From contig CAZGKC010000002.1 of NCBI GenBank assembly GCA_964526205.1, forward strand, positions 1-36,189: DNA of 36,189 nt, given 5' to 3'. Of this stretch, positions 15,488-26,756 are shown in pieces. The stretch comes from an uncultured Muribaculaceae bacterium (GTDB taxonomy: Bacteria > Bacillota_I > Bacilli_A > RF39 > UBA660). A program made the position numbers and the translations under genes. Position 1 is the stretch's first letter. Every line of letters starts with the position of its first letter. The notes under the pieces are model-generated. The model saw only the letters and a list, made by a program, of their open reading frames with translations. It did no database searches and was not told the origin of the DNA.

Positions 15488-16144
15488 CTAGTCTTTTTCA
15501 CAAACTTCACTTTTTTTAATTACATAAATTTTCTTATTTTTATAAAAAGCATAAAATACATCATTACATTTTAATTTCTTTTTATCAAGTTCTTTATCCA
15601 ACCATCTCCTATTTTTATGAATATGTTTTAAAACATCATCTTGAGCAAATCCATCAAGTATCAAAGCCGCCGGATAATCACCTTTTACTTTAAAAAAATT
15701 ATATTTAAACACCGACAACTGTCCATTAGGTTCTAAAAAAGCATATTCCACCATATCAATATTTCTAATTTCTTTTTGCCTTAATCCAATCAACAAATCA
15801 TCAAGAGAATATCTTTGTTTAATCATTTCTTTATAATTAATCTTTCCATTAACAATAATAAGAGAAGTCCTCCCATCAAACACTGTTCTAAACTTTCTTG
15901 ATTTAATAGAAATATAAGCAAATAACAATTCTAAAACCACCAATAAAGCAATTGGAATAATCGTCAAAAACATAGGTTCATCCGTCTCTTCAATACTAAT
16001 AGCAACTAACTCCGCAATTAATATAGATACAATTAAATCAATTACCCCTAACTGCCCAATTTCTCTTTTACCCATGATTCGATAAGAAATAAGTACAAAA
16101 AAATAAAAGAATATTGTTCTAAACAAAACCGTAAATAATTCCAT
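15488..16144 (-). CDS. DUF421 (YetF/YrbG-like) membrane protein
   Basis: 3 TM N-terminus with RIMGKREIGQLGVIDLIVSILIAE, followed by a soluble C-terminal domain; typical of spore-former DUF421 proteins. Confidence 0.7.
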   Translation of the reverse strand: MELFTVLFRTIFFYFFVLISYRIMGKREIGQLGVIDLIVSILIAELVAISIEETDEPMFLTIIPIALLVVLELLFAYISIKSRKFRTVFDGRTSLIIVNGKINYKEMIKQRYSLDDLLIGLRQKEIRNIDMVEYAFLEPNGQLSVFKYNFFKVKGDYPAALILDGFAQDDVLKHIHKNRRWLDKELDKKKLKCNDVFYAFYKNKKIYVIKKSEVCEKD

Positions 16145-16205
16145 TAATAATCACCATTATTATTATGGTAATAATAATAATTTTTTAATCATATACTTAT
16201 ACCAG

Positions 16206-16568
16206 GTGATTATTATAAAAACTTTATTAAAATATCTTGGCTTTTATACAATATTCTTAATTCTTTTAATCTTTATTTGTTCTTTATTAAACTTAATAGG
16301 TATAAACTATACCATAACCAATACTATATTATTTACATTCAATTCTTTTCTTTATTTATTCTTTGGCTATCAAAATGGTAAAAAAACCTCTTCCAAAGGC
16401 TATCTAGCAGGTTTAAAAATATCTTTGTTATTTCTAACTATTCTTATTATTATAAACTTAATTACTTCTAGAACATTTTTATCCATACCAACTCTAATAT
16501 ATTACTTAATACTCTTATTAATTGGTATCCTCGGAGGTATGTTAGGTATTAACAAAAAGAAACAATAA
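16206..16568 (+). CDS. Small 4-TM membrane protein (YrzE/TIGR04086-like)
   Basis: 120 aa, four hydrophobic segments with a central GYQNGKKTSSKGYLAGL loop. GTG start without a clear SD, so the start is uncertain. Confidence 0.5.
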   Translation: MIIIKTLLKYLGFYTIFLILLIFICSLLNLIGINYTITNTILFTFNSFLYLFFGYQNGKKTSSKGYLAGLKISLLFLTILIIINLITSRTFLSIPTLIYYLILLLIGILGGMLGINKKKQ

Positions 16569-16569
16569 T

Positions 16570-18037
<1,468 letters not shown>

Positions 18038-18068
18038 GTATGATAAAGTATATTTAAGGTGATAATAA

Positions 18069-18455
18069 ATGAATAAGACAGAAACTTTAATAATGGCAAT
18101 ATCATGGGCAATCGCAGTAATTATCTTATATAAATGGTATCAAATATACTCCAAACAAAGAAGATATATAAAAACAACTTGTACCATGACTGATTACACT
18201 CTAAGAACCACTTACCACAAAAATATTCATACTTATTATTATTCATATATTATCAAAAATGAAGAATATACAACAAGTGATAACATTAGATTTAAAATAT
18301 TTTTCTTCCAACCTAAAATCGGTGATAACTTAAATATCTATGTTGATGAAAAGAATCCCAACAATACTATAACTCCATTTGCGTTATTATTTAATAACTT
18401 AAAATTTATAACAGCAATAATCTTAATATTAATACCAATATTATTAATATTATAG
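18069..18455 (+). CDS. DUF3592-like membrane protein (two TM helices flanking a small beta domain)
   Basis: 128 aa with a TM at each end and a central region ending IGDNLNIYVDEKNPNN, typical of DUF3592. Confidence 0.55.
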   Translation: MNKTETLIMAISWAIAVIILYKWYQIYSKQRRYIKTTCTMTDYTLRTTYHKNIHTYYYSYIIKNEEYTTSDNIRFKIFFFQPKIGDNLNIYVDEKNPNNTITPFALLFNNLKFITAIILILIPILLIL

Positions 18456-18469
18456 AAAGAATTATTAAG

Positions 18470-19840
18470 TTATTTTATTCCATTAACTATTTCTTTAAAA
18501 TTTAAACTATTACTAGCTTTAACTAATATATTATCATTATTAGTTTTTATTTTATTAATAAAATCAATTATTTCTTGATTAGTATTAAAGTGATAACTAT
18601 TATTTTTATTAAATCCTAATTCCACTGCTTTATCATTAATATATTTAGCATCATCCCCTAGAGTTATTAATATATCAATATCTTCCTTTGATATTAATAC
18701 TCCAATATCTTCATGCAAAGTCCTTGAATATTCCCCAAGCTCCTTCATTGTACCTAAAACAGCTATATTTCTACCATCTAAACTCGCCAAGTACTTAAGG
18801 GCATAACTCATTGAATCATAATTAGCATTATAAGAATCATCAATAATTGTAATACCATTATTCTCTGATACATTCATTCTATTACTAGACATCTCAAAAT
18901 TTAATATTCCCTTTTTTATCATATCAGTTTTAACATTAAATAATCTACCAACAGCAATAGCAACTAATGCATTATAAATAAAATGTTCACCAGCAATTGG
19001 CACACTATAAATATCACCATTAAAAACAAAAGTACTACCATCTTCTTCTTCAACTATTTCTCTTGCCATAATATCAGAAGTATTTTTAATACCAATAGTA
19101 ATTATTTTATAATTATCTTTATTATTTAAATACCATTTATGTAACAAATCATTATCATTATTTATAATAACAGTACCATTAGGATTTAAACCTTCCAGTA
19201 TCTCTAATTTAGCTTTTAAAATATTGTCTCTACTACCTAAATTACCAATATGAGCAGTACCAACATTAGTAATAACTGCAACATCAGGCTTAGCAATATT
19301 TGTCAAATAAGAAATTTCTTTTAAATGATTCATACCCATTTCTAATACTAACACTTCATTATCTTCTTCTAACCCTAAAATAGTTAAAGGAAGTCCAATA
19401 TGATTATTTTGATTCCCCACCGTCTTATGAGCATTATATTTCTCTTTTAATACACTATAAACCATATCTTTCGTACTAGTTTTACCAGCAGAACCCGTAA
19501 TAGCAACAACAGGACTATAAAAGGATTCTCTTTTAAACTTAGCAATACTTCCTAAAGCTTTAATAGAATCTTTAACTAAAATAATCGATAAATTATTCTC
19601 TTTTAAATAATCAATAACTTCTTTACTTTCTATAAACTCATCAAGTATAACTAATCTAGCACCCTTTTTAAAAGCCTCATTATAAAGCAAATTACCATTA
19701 TTCTTTTCTCCCTTTATTCCTATATAACAATCATTAACCCCAATTTTTCTTGTATCTATTTTAATACCATTAACTTCTTCATCAATTTTATTATATATTT
19801 TAATATATTTAATTGTATTATAAATATCTAATGTTTTCAA
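18470..19840 (-). CDS. murF: UDP-N-acetylmuramoyl-tripeptide--D-alanyl-D-alanine ligase
   Basis: 456 aa Mur ligase: ITGSAGKTSTKDM P-loop, LEMGMNH, ITNVGTAHIG, DDSYNAN. TTG start preceded by AAAGGA. Confidence 0.88.
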   Translation of the reverse strand: MKTLDIYNTIKYIKIYNKIDEEVNGIKIDTRKIGVNDCYIGIKGEKNNGNLLYNEAFKKGARLVILDEFIESKEVIDYLKENNLSIILVKDSIKALGSIAKFKRESFYSPVVAITGSAGKTSTKDMVYSVLKEKYNAHKTVGNQNNHIGLPLTILGLEEDNEVLVLEMGMNHLKEISYLTNIAKPDVAVITNVGTAHIGNLGSRDNILKAKLEILEGLNPNGTVIINNDNDLLHKWYLNNKDNYKIITIGIKNTSDIMAREIVEEEDGSTFVFNGDIYSVPIAGEHFIYNALVAIAVGRLFNVKTDMIKKGILNFEMSSNRMNVSENNGITIIDDSYNANYDSMSYALKYLASLDGRNIAVLGTMKELGEYSRTLHEDIGVLISKEDIDILITLGDDAKYINDKAVELGFNKNNSYHFNTNQEIIDFINKIKTNNDNILVKASNSLNFKEIVNGIK

Positions 19841-19869
19841 ATAATCACATCCTTTGTTTAAATTATACC

Positions 19870-22131
19870 CTATTTAAAAATATTTGTATATATCATATCA
19901 AAGTTACTAACAGGTATAATTGTCAATTTATTAATAATATCTTTTGGTATATCTTCTAAGTCATTAATATTAGCTTTAGGTATATAAATTATTTCTATAC
20001 CAATATTATATGCACCAATTATTTTTTCTTTTAAACCACCTACAGGGAGAATATTACCATTTAAACTAATCTCTCCACTAAAAGCTATATTACTTGGTAC
20101 TTTTATTTTTTCCATCAAACTAACAATACTAACAGCAATACCAACACCAGCAGAAGGACCATCTTTCCTACTACTACCATCAAGAAAATGAAAATGAAAA
20201 TCTAAATTATTAAAATTATATTTATATTTAACTTTAAGCATCGACATAGCAACATTAACACTTTCTTTCATTACTTCTCCTAAATTACCTGTAATAGTGA
20301 TATTTCCATCACCTTTAAAAGAAGCACACTCAACTAGGCTTATCTTTCCCCCTAAAGCACTATAAGCCATCAAATTAACCACACCAAAATCATTAATATC
20401 TTCAAGAGTCTCTTCATATTTAACTCTACCCAACAATTTAATAATTCTATCTTCATTTAAAACTTTAACATTATTAATAGATATTTTTCTAGCTAAACTA
20501 TCTAAAACTCTTTCTAAATCTCTAACCCCAGCTTCTTTAGTATATTTTTTAATAATAAACTCAATTAATTTATCACTAAACTTTAACTTATTATCATAAA
20601 CCATATTTTCTTGTAATACTCTAGGTAATATATAATTTTTAGCAATATTAACTTTATCATAAACTGTATAACTATTTAAATTAATTATTTCTAATCTATC
20701 TAATAAGGTACTTGGTATATCATCTGTATTATTAGCGGTTAAAATAAACATAACATTACTTAAATCAAATGGTACTTCAATATAATTATCAATAAAATCA
20801 ACATTCTGTACTGGATCAAGTATTTCCAAAAGTGTTGCTGCAGGATCTCCCTTATAATCACGAACCATCTTATCAACTTCATCAATTAATATCAATGGAT
20901 TATTAACACCTACTTTATTAATACCTTTCATAATACTCCCAGGACTAGAAGCCAAATAAGTTCTTCTTGTTCCTACCAATTCTGTAGAATCATTTAACCC
21001 ACCAACACTTATCTTAATAAACTTTCTATTAATAGCTTTACTAATCGCCATGGCAATACTAGTTTTACCCACCCCTGGAGGACCTACCAAACAAATAATA
21101 GGACTCTTAATATTCTTATTTAAATTTTTAACAGCAATATATTCACTAATTCTAGTTTTAACATCATTTAATCCATAATGACTCTTATCTAATTCTTTAA
21201 CCACTAAATCAAAATTATTAACTTCTTTACTACTTTTATTCCAAGGAAGAGATAAAACTGTATCCAAATAATTATGATATACACTAACCTCTGGACTAAC
21301 TTCATTCATTATCTCAAACTTACCAATTTCTCTAGATATTATATTTTTAATTTCTTTATCTATTTTTAAACTCTTTAAAGTATCATTAAACTTCTTTACT
21401 TCAATCTCTTTCCAAGATTCTTCTCCTAATTCTTTTTGAATAGCTTTTAACTTCTCTTTTAAATAATATTGTTTTTGTGTTTCCTCCAAAGTTGAATCAA
21501 CATTTTCATCTAACTCTTCTTCCAATTCTATTTTCTTAATTTCTGCCAACATATCACTAATTAAATTTTTAGCTCTATATATTGGATTAATTTCTTGCAT
21601 ATATTCTAACCTTTTACTAATATTAAATGGTAAGAAAGAAGCAATAGCATCTGTAGTTTTATTTAAATCCTTAGAATTACTTACATAGCTTAAAATTGCA
21701 TTAGATATATTTTTATTACTATTTATATAACTTTTTAAAACATCTATTAATTTATTTTGAATTGCATTTTCTTCTTCTAATACTAATGATGGTAAATCAA
21801 TAACCATACATTCACTAAATAATATATCTTTTTCTAAACTATATTCTAAAACAGCAACTCTTTTAATTCCTCTAAGTCTAACTTGAATACTATCATCAAC
21901 ATCTAATTTATTTTTAATCTTAGCTATTACACCAACTCTTGGCAAATCAGCAGTTGATGGTTCTTCCTCCAATTCATCCATCGGAGCTACTACCAATACT
22001 TCTCCCCCATATATACTATTAGAGGTATTAATAGTAGCATTACTAACAGCATTATTTAATTCTAGTTTAATTTCTTGATTAGGAAGAATTACTAAATCTT
22101 TAAGGATAATAACAGGTATTTTAAAATTCAT
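19870..22131 (-). CDS. lon: ATP-dependent Lon protease (LonA)
   Basis: Lon N-domain, AAA+ Walker A GPPGVGKTS, Walker B LILIDEVDK and protease site KDGPSAGVGIAVS. ATG at 22131 is preceded by GGGAGGGAG. Confidence 0.92.
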   Translation of the reverse strand: MNFKIPVIILKDLVILPNQEIKLELNNAVSNATINTSNSIYGGEVLVVAPMDELEEEPSTADLPRVGVIAKIKNKLDVDDSIQVRLRGIKRVAVLEYSLEKDILFSECMVIDLPSLVLEEENAIQNKLIDVLKSYINSNKNISNAILSYVSNSKDLNKTTDAIASFLPFNISKRLEYMQEINPIYRAKNLISDMLAEIKKIELEEELDENVDSTLEETQKQYYLKEKLKAIQKELGEESWKEIEVKKFNDTLKSLKIDKEIKNIISREIGKFEIMNEVSPEVSVYHNYLDTVLSLPWNKSSKEVNNFDLVVKELDKSHYGLNDVKTRISEYIAVKNLNKNIKSPIICLVGPPGVGKTSIAMAISKAINRKFIKISVGGLNDSTELVGTRRTYLASSPGSIMKGINKVGVNNPLILIDEVDKMVRDYKGDPAATLLEILDPVQNVDFIDNYIEVPFDLSNVMFILTANNTDDIPSTLLDRLEIINLNSYTVYDKVNIAKNYILPRVLQENMVYDNKLKFSDKLIEFIIKKYTKEAGVRDLERVLDSLARKISINNVKVLNEDRIIKLLGRVKYEETLEDINDFGVVNLMAYSALGGKISLVECASFKGDGNITITGNLGEVMKESVNVAMSMLKVKYKYNFNNLDFHFHFLDGSSRKDGPSAGVGIAVSIVSLMEKIKVPSNIAFSGEISLNGNILPVGGLKEKIIGAYNIGIEIIYIPKANINDLEDIPKDIINKLTIIPVSNFDMIYTNIFK

Positions 22132-22157
22132 AAATCTCCCTCCCAAATACAAGTTTT

Positions 22158-22186
22158 ATTATATCCACATTTTAAATATTTGTAAA
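22158..22186 (-). promoter_or_regulatory. Candidate lon promoter (TTTACA-17-TATAAT)
   Basis: Minus strand: TTTACA 22181-22186, 17 nt, TATAAT 22158-22163. I saw no CIRCE or CtsR box. Confidence 0.5.
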
Positions 22187-22207
22187 CATTTTTAATAAAC
22201 TTTATCC

Positions 22208-22234
22208 ATAAAAAAAGCAATATTATTATTGCTT
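22208..22234 (-). terminator. Rho-independent terminator after the 22233-23405 gene
   Basis: Minus strand AAGCAAUA-auaa-UAUUGCUU followed by UUUUUUA. The stem overlaps the stop codon. Confidence 0.6.
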
Positions 22235-23405
22235 AAGACATAATCAATGTATAAGGATTATCAATTGTACCATTACCATCCACTTTACTATTTTTAATAA
22301 TATTAATAACGGGTCTAACACCTCTTAGTAAATCACCCGAAACATTACTAACCATTGCTCCATTGGTATCTACTGTAAAAGGATAAAATAATTCCCCGCT
22401 TCCTTTAGCAGCAGTCATCGTGTAATAAGCCGTTTTAATATTTTCATTATATAAATAATATTCTTTATTTTCATTTAAACTACCACCAGCCAGCAAAACT
22501 TCATCAGCAGTTAAAAGACCTATCTTATCATTATAACTTTCTCCTAAACAAACAAAATTAGGAATCTTATTAGTAATAAGTCTGTTATAAGCAGCATAAC
22601 CATTTCCTTCTATTGTAGCATCAGCACAGAATTTATAATATGCAATATAATCACTATAACTATCTAAATAATCATTAAACCATTCATTCAAAGTATCACT
22701 AACATCTTCATATTTACTTGTTTGACTAATTAATTCATTTAAAACTAATTTTACAGAACCATCACCATTAATCTTCACAATACGCCAAGTCATACCCCCA
22801 AAACTAACATAATTATTAACAATATTCCCTCTGTAGTAGTAGGCAATACCCAAATCATCTTGCATAGAAAGCAATCCTTCATCCAATACAGCAGACTCTC
22901 CCATACTAGTTAATGCAGCACCACTAACCTTATTATTTCTCAGTATTACATCTGCAAATATATTCTCTTCATTAGACTTAACCCCAACTTGAATAACCCC
23001 AGAATAATTATCTTTACTATTACTTACAAACTTCATAACATATTTAATAGTATCCCCTGGATTAATTGTTATTTGATTTAGTATTATATCAGACTTTAAA
23101 TCATTATTTAATGTAAGTCCATCAGAAGAAGTAAGTTCATAAGTAACATTCTTAGCATAAACATCTTTTAATTGAATATAATAATATTGTTGTTCTGAAT
23201 TATTATTAGTAACTGAAAACTCTATTTCTTTATTTCCATTTAATTTAAAACTTTTCCCATTTAAATAATTAATAGTAATATAACCATCAACTACAATATC
23301 AGCATCATCTGCTTTATGATAAAACAAATAACCAACACCAATTGAAATACAACCAATAATTAGTATTAATATAAAACAAAGCATTGATTTAAATCTAAAC
23401 CTCAT
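22233..23405 (-). CDS. Membrane-anchored surface protein: TM + GVGYLFYHKA junction + beta-sandwich-like domain + ~200-aa C-terminal domain ending VRPVINIIKNS..GNGTIDNPYTLI
   Basis: ATG at 23405 (MRFRFKSML...) is preceded by AGAGGA; the track's longer start is rejected. The C-terminal domain is homologous by eye to that of the pilin-like ORF 34627-35499. Confidence 0.6.
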   Translation of the reverse strand: MRFRFKSMLCFILILIIGCISIGVGYLFYHKADDADIVVDGYITINYLNGKSFKLNGNKEIEFSVTNNNSEQQYYYIQLKDVYAKNVTYELTSSDGLTLNNDLKSDIILNQITINPGDTIKYVMKFVSNSKDNYSGVIQVGVKSNEENIFADVILRNNKVSGAALTSMGESAVLDEGLLSMQDDLGIAYYYRGNIVNNYVSFGGMTWRIVKINGDGSVKLVLNELISQTSKYEDVSDTLNEWFNDYLDSYSDYIAYYKFCADATIEGNGYAAYNRLITNKIPNFVCLGESYNDKIGLLTADEVLLAGGSLNENKEYYLYNENIKTAYYTMTAAKGSGELFYPFTVDTNGAMVSNVSGDLLRGVRPVINIIKNSKVDGNGTIDNPYTLIMS

Positions 23406-23537
23406 TACTATCAAATCCTCTATTAACTTAAAATAAGTATACTTTATAATATATTCATTGTCAACTGCAAAAATCCTCAAACTTGCCAAATTTTTCAATT
23501 TATATTATAATATACCCTAACAAAGGGGGGAATAATC

Positions 23538-24344
23538 ATGACTATTAATGATAATACTAAAAGAATTGAATTACCAGAAAGAAGCTTAAGAAAGGAAGAA
23601 ATAATGGAAATAGCACCAGAATTATATCCCACAATAAGCCAAAATAAACAATTATTGGAAAGGTTAATTCACCACAATGATACTTTATACTTTATTAAAA
23701 TAACAAGTAAAACAGAACTACTAAATGAACTAATCGGTGTATATCTAGCTAAATTAATTGGTTTAAATACTGTAAATTATGAAATAGCAACCATTGGTAA
23801 CTCTTTATATGTGGCATCTCCATTATTCTATGAACCAAACCATTTATATCAAACATGTACAGAACATTATAAAACTAGTGCCACCAAAGTATTAGTAAGA
23901 GAAAAAGAAGGAATAGTTCCAAAACTACTTCCTATAAGTGTCTTAAAAGTTATTGATAATCCTGAATTATTAGATGATATTTTAAAACTAATAGCATTGG
24001 ATTTAAAAATGGATCAATATGACCGTCATAACTTAAATGTTACACTTGATACTTACGATGGAACTACAACGCTTGCCCCAACATACGACTATTCTGCAAG
24101 CTATTACTATCACACAGATAGATATAATAATCCATTTGTTATTATAAATCGTCGTTCAATAAATATTTGGTTCTTTGCTCAAATGTATCCCCATATTAAA
24201 CCATATCTTAAAACATTAAAAGAAACACCAATAACGGATATATTAGAACAAATCGCCAAAGACTTTGATATCAACATAACTAACAAAGAATATGATACAT
24301 ATAATCAAAAAGATAAACAAATATCTCGTACTTTAATAAAATAA
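23538..24344 (+). CDS. Hypothetical protein with HipA / PI3-PI4-kinase-like catalytic loop (DRHNLN ... LAPTYD)
   Basis: 268 aa, strong SD (AAAGGGGGGA). MDQYDRHNLNVTL...TTLAPTYDYSAS resembles the D-x-H-x-x-N catalytic loop and the (A)P-x-YD Mg-binding motif of the HipA C-terminal kinase fold. Confidence 0.55.
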   Translation: MTINDNTKRIELPERSLRKEEIMEIAPELYPTISQNKQLLERLIHHNDTLYFIKITSKTELLNELIGVYLAKLIGLNTVNYEIATIGNSLYVASPLFYEPNHLYQTCTEHYKTSATKVLVREKEGIVPKLLPISVLKVIDNPELLDDILKLIALDLKMDQYDRHNLNVTLDTYDGTTTLAPTYDYSASYYYHTDRYNNPFVIINRRSINIWFFAQMYPHIKPYLKTLKETPITDILEQIAKDFDINITNKEYDTYNQKDKQISRTLIK

Positions 24345-24367
24345 TGTTTGGTTTTGCCAAACATTAT
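24341..24367. terminator. Bidirectional hairpin between convergent genes (kinase-like ORF / dnaJ)
   Basis: ATAATGTTTGG-ttttg-CCAAACATTAT, an 11-bp perfect stem that overlaps both stop codons. Confidence 0.6.
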
Positions 24368-25494
24368 TTTAAATACTTTTTAAATGTTTTAAATTCCATA
24401 GAATCTTCTAAATCTGTATTAGCTAAATCTTGAAACAAACTCTTTTGTTTTTTATCTAGCTTAGTAGGTGTAATAATATTAACAACAGCATACATATTAC
24501 CTCTACTATAACTATTCGGAGACTTTAATCCTTTACCTTTTATTTTTAACTTAGTATAGTTTTGGGTACCAGCTTTAATATCTAAAATAATATTACCAGT
24601 TAAAGTAGGTATTTCTTTTTTACACCCAAGGGCAGCATCAGCAAAAGTAATAGGTACTTCAAGATAAATATCATCCCCTTCTCTTTCAAACAAAGGATGT
24701 TCTTTAATCTTAAATTCTAAGAATATATCTCCAGCCTCACCACCATTAACACCGGCATCTCCTTTACCTTTCAAACGAAGTTGAAACCCTTCAGATACTC
24801 CCTCAGGTATAGTTACAGTTAAAGTCTTTGTTTTATCAATAACACCTTTACCATGACATTCATCACAAACTGTTTCAAAAGTTTTACCAGCACCTCTACA
24901 ATAAGGACAAGTCTTTTGGGTTTGCATATAACCAAATATTGTTTGTTGTTGCTCTAAAACTTTACCAGCACCACCACAAGTATGGCAAGTACGTTCATTA
25001 AAACCACCTTTGCCTTTACAACGACTGCAAGTACTTTTAACATCTATCTTAATATCCTTTTCACAGCCAAAAGCAGCTTCTTCAAAAGTTAAATTTAAAA
25101 CCATCCGAATATCTCTACCTTTTTGACTTCTTGTACTGCTACTACTTCCTCTGCTTCTACCAAAACCACCAAAGCCAGAGAAGCCTCCACCAAACAAGTC
25201 ATTTAAGATATCATCTAAATTAATATCTCCTGCATCAAAACCAGAAAATCCTCCAGCATTTCCACCACCATTTTGAAATGCCGCATGACCAAATTGATCA
25301 TATTGAGCTCTTTTATTAGCATCAGATAGCACTGCATAAGCCTCACCAATCTCTTTAAACTTCTCTTCAGCTCCAGGTTCTTTATTAATATCAGGATGAT
25401 ATTGTTTAGCTAATTTTCGAAAAGCTCTTTTTATTTCTTCATCACTAGCATCTTTACTAACACCAAGTACTTCATAATAATCTTTCTTATCCAT
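24364..25494 (-). CDS. dnaJ: Chaperone DnaJ (Hsp40)
   Basis: J domain (DYYEVLGV...KQYHPD), G/F-rich linker and four CxxCxGxG zinc motifs. Confidence 0.95.
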   Translation of the reverse strand: MDKKDYYEVLGVSKDASDEEIKRAFRKLAKQYHPDINKEPGAEEKFKEIGEAYAVLSDANKRAQYDQFGHAAFQNGGGNAGGFSGFDAGDINLDDILNDLFGGGFSGFGGFGRSRGSSSSTRSQKGRDIRMVLNLTFEEAAFGCEKDIKIDVKSTCSRCKGKGGFNERTCHTCGGAGKVLEQQQTIFGYMQTQKTCPYCRGAGKTFETVCDECHGKGVIDKTKTLTVTIPEGVSEGFQLRLKGKGDAGVNGGEAGDIFLEFKIKEHPLFEREGDDIYLEVPITFADAALGCKKEIPTLTGNIILDIKAGTQNYTKLKIKGKGLKSPNSYSRGNMYAVVNIITPTKLDKKQKSLFQDLANTDLEDSMEFKTFKKYLK

Positions 25495-26756
25495 TATTTT
25501 TCACTCCCCGCAATACTAATATTATCTAATAACAAGGCTGGTGCTAAAACATTGGGACTAACTGGATCAAGTGTATCTCCAACTGCTAATACATTAGAAA
25601 ATACTTCAAAGAAATTAGTAGCTAGAACAATATTATCCAATCCTTTAACAATCTTCCCATTTTCTACTAATAATCCTTCTGCTTGTAAAGATATAACTCC
25701 GGTAGAATCATCAATCCCTGAATGTAATCCAAAAGCCTCATCAATAATAATACCATTATCCATTAAACTAATAAGTTCATTCATACTCTTATCTCCAGGT
25801 TTAATATACATATTATTAACACCATAAGCATTTCCCGTAGCATCTTTATTTAACTTTAAAGCATATTCAATATCATTAATTTCTATTTTAAATACTCCAT
25901 CAACCACAATCTCTTGATACCCAGTCTTAGTACCTTCCGTATCAAATAATCTTTCCATAATACCCCTCGGAGCATCTTCAACCACTGTTATCTTATCACT
26001 AAATATTTTTTGATTTAATTTACCTTCTAACAAAGAAGATTTTAAATATATTGATTTACTATCAAAATGAGATGAAAAATGTTCCAATAAACCACTAACA
26101 ACATTACTAGTAAGAATAATTTTATATTTATTAGTAACACAAGATTTACTATCTAATTTTATTATTAAATTATCTAATCTATTAATTAAATAATTTTTAA
26201 ACTTATCAAAATCATATTCTTTACTAAAATAATCTATATATAAAACTTTACTCTTATTATCATTTTTAACACTAACAGAAGCACCATATTCATTAAAACA
26301 ATTGCCATCTTCTAAATCACAATTTTCATTATTTATACTATAGTTATTTATAAAATGAGAATAATTAGTTTGAATATCCGTAATATTTTTATATTTATCT
26401 TTTAAATTATTTAAACTAATAAAATCTTCTTTAACTTTATTTAAATCAACAACTTCTGCTTTTTTTCTAGAAACTAAATTACCTCCACATAACCTATTAC
26501 TATTATCATTTTCTTGTATTTCATAAATAGACTTAAGATTTTCTATAATTTCTTTTGGATTTCTAATACTTTCAGTTACTAAACTAACCATTTTATTATT
26601 TATAATAGCTTTAATATTATAGGTAGTAATATTATTAATTTGAAAACTTTTTACTTTCCCATTTAAAGTATTAATATCACTTCTTTTACTTTCTTTTTCA
26701 TAAATTTCCAAACTTATATTTTCTTCTTTAGCTAGTTCAATTAATTTATCTTTCAC
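25494..26756 (-). CDS. pmbA: TldE/PmbA family protein (non-catalytic partner of TldD)
   Basis: ~420 aa of the TldD/PmbA fold without an HExxxH motif; C-terminal [28 protein letters not shown]...[13 protein letters not shown]. The GTG at 26756 is preceded by GGAGGAG and overlaps the tldD end by 11 nt. Its TAA shares a base with the dnaJ ATG (TAATG). Confidence 0.8.
   Translation of the reverse strand: MKDKLIELAKEENISLEIYEKESKRSDINTLNGKVKSFQINNITTYNIKAIINNKMVSLVTESIRNPKEIIENLKSIYEIQENDNSNRLCGGNLVSRKKAEVVDLNKVKEDFISLNNLKDKYKNITDIQTNYSHFINNYSINNENCDLEDGNCFNEYGASVSVKNDNKSKVLYIDYFSKEYDFDKFKNYLINRLDNLIIKLDSKSCVTNKYKIILTSNVVSGLLEHFSSHFDSKSIYLKSSLLEGKLNQKIFSDKITVVEDAPRGIMERLFDTEGTKTGYQEIVVDGVFKIEINDIEYALKLNKDATGNAYGVNNMYIKPGDKSMNELISLMDNGIIIDEAFGLHSGIDDSTGVISLQAEGLLVENGKIVKGLDNIVLATNFFEVFSNVLAVGDTLDPVSPNVLAPALLLDNISIAGSEK

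Noticed and set aside
22135-22232. A CIRCE or CtsR operator upstream of lon.
   Set aside because: I could not find TTAGCACTC-N9-GAGTGCTAA or a GGTCAAA direct repeat in the region. Only a sigma-A type promoter and the upstream gene's terminator are there.
19870-24344. Lon + membrane protein + HipA-like kinase as a three-gene defence or toxin system.
   Set aside because: Lon is a full-length housekeeping LonA with its own promoter and is separated by a terminator. The kinase-like gene is divergently transcribed. No shared regulation or known system architecture supports linking them.
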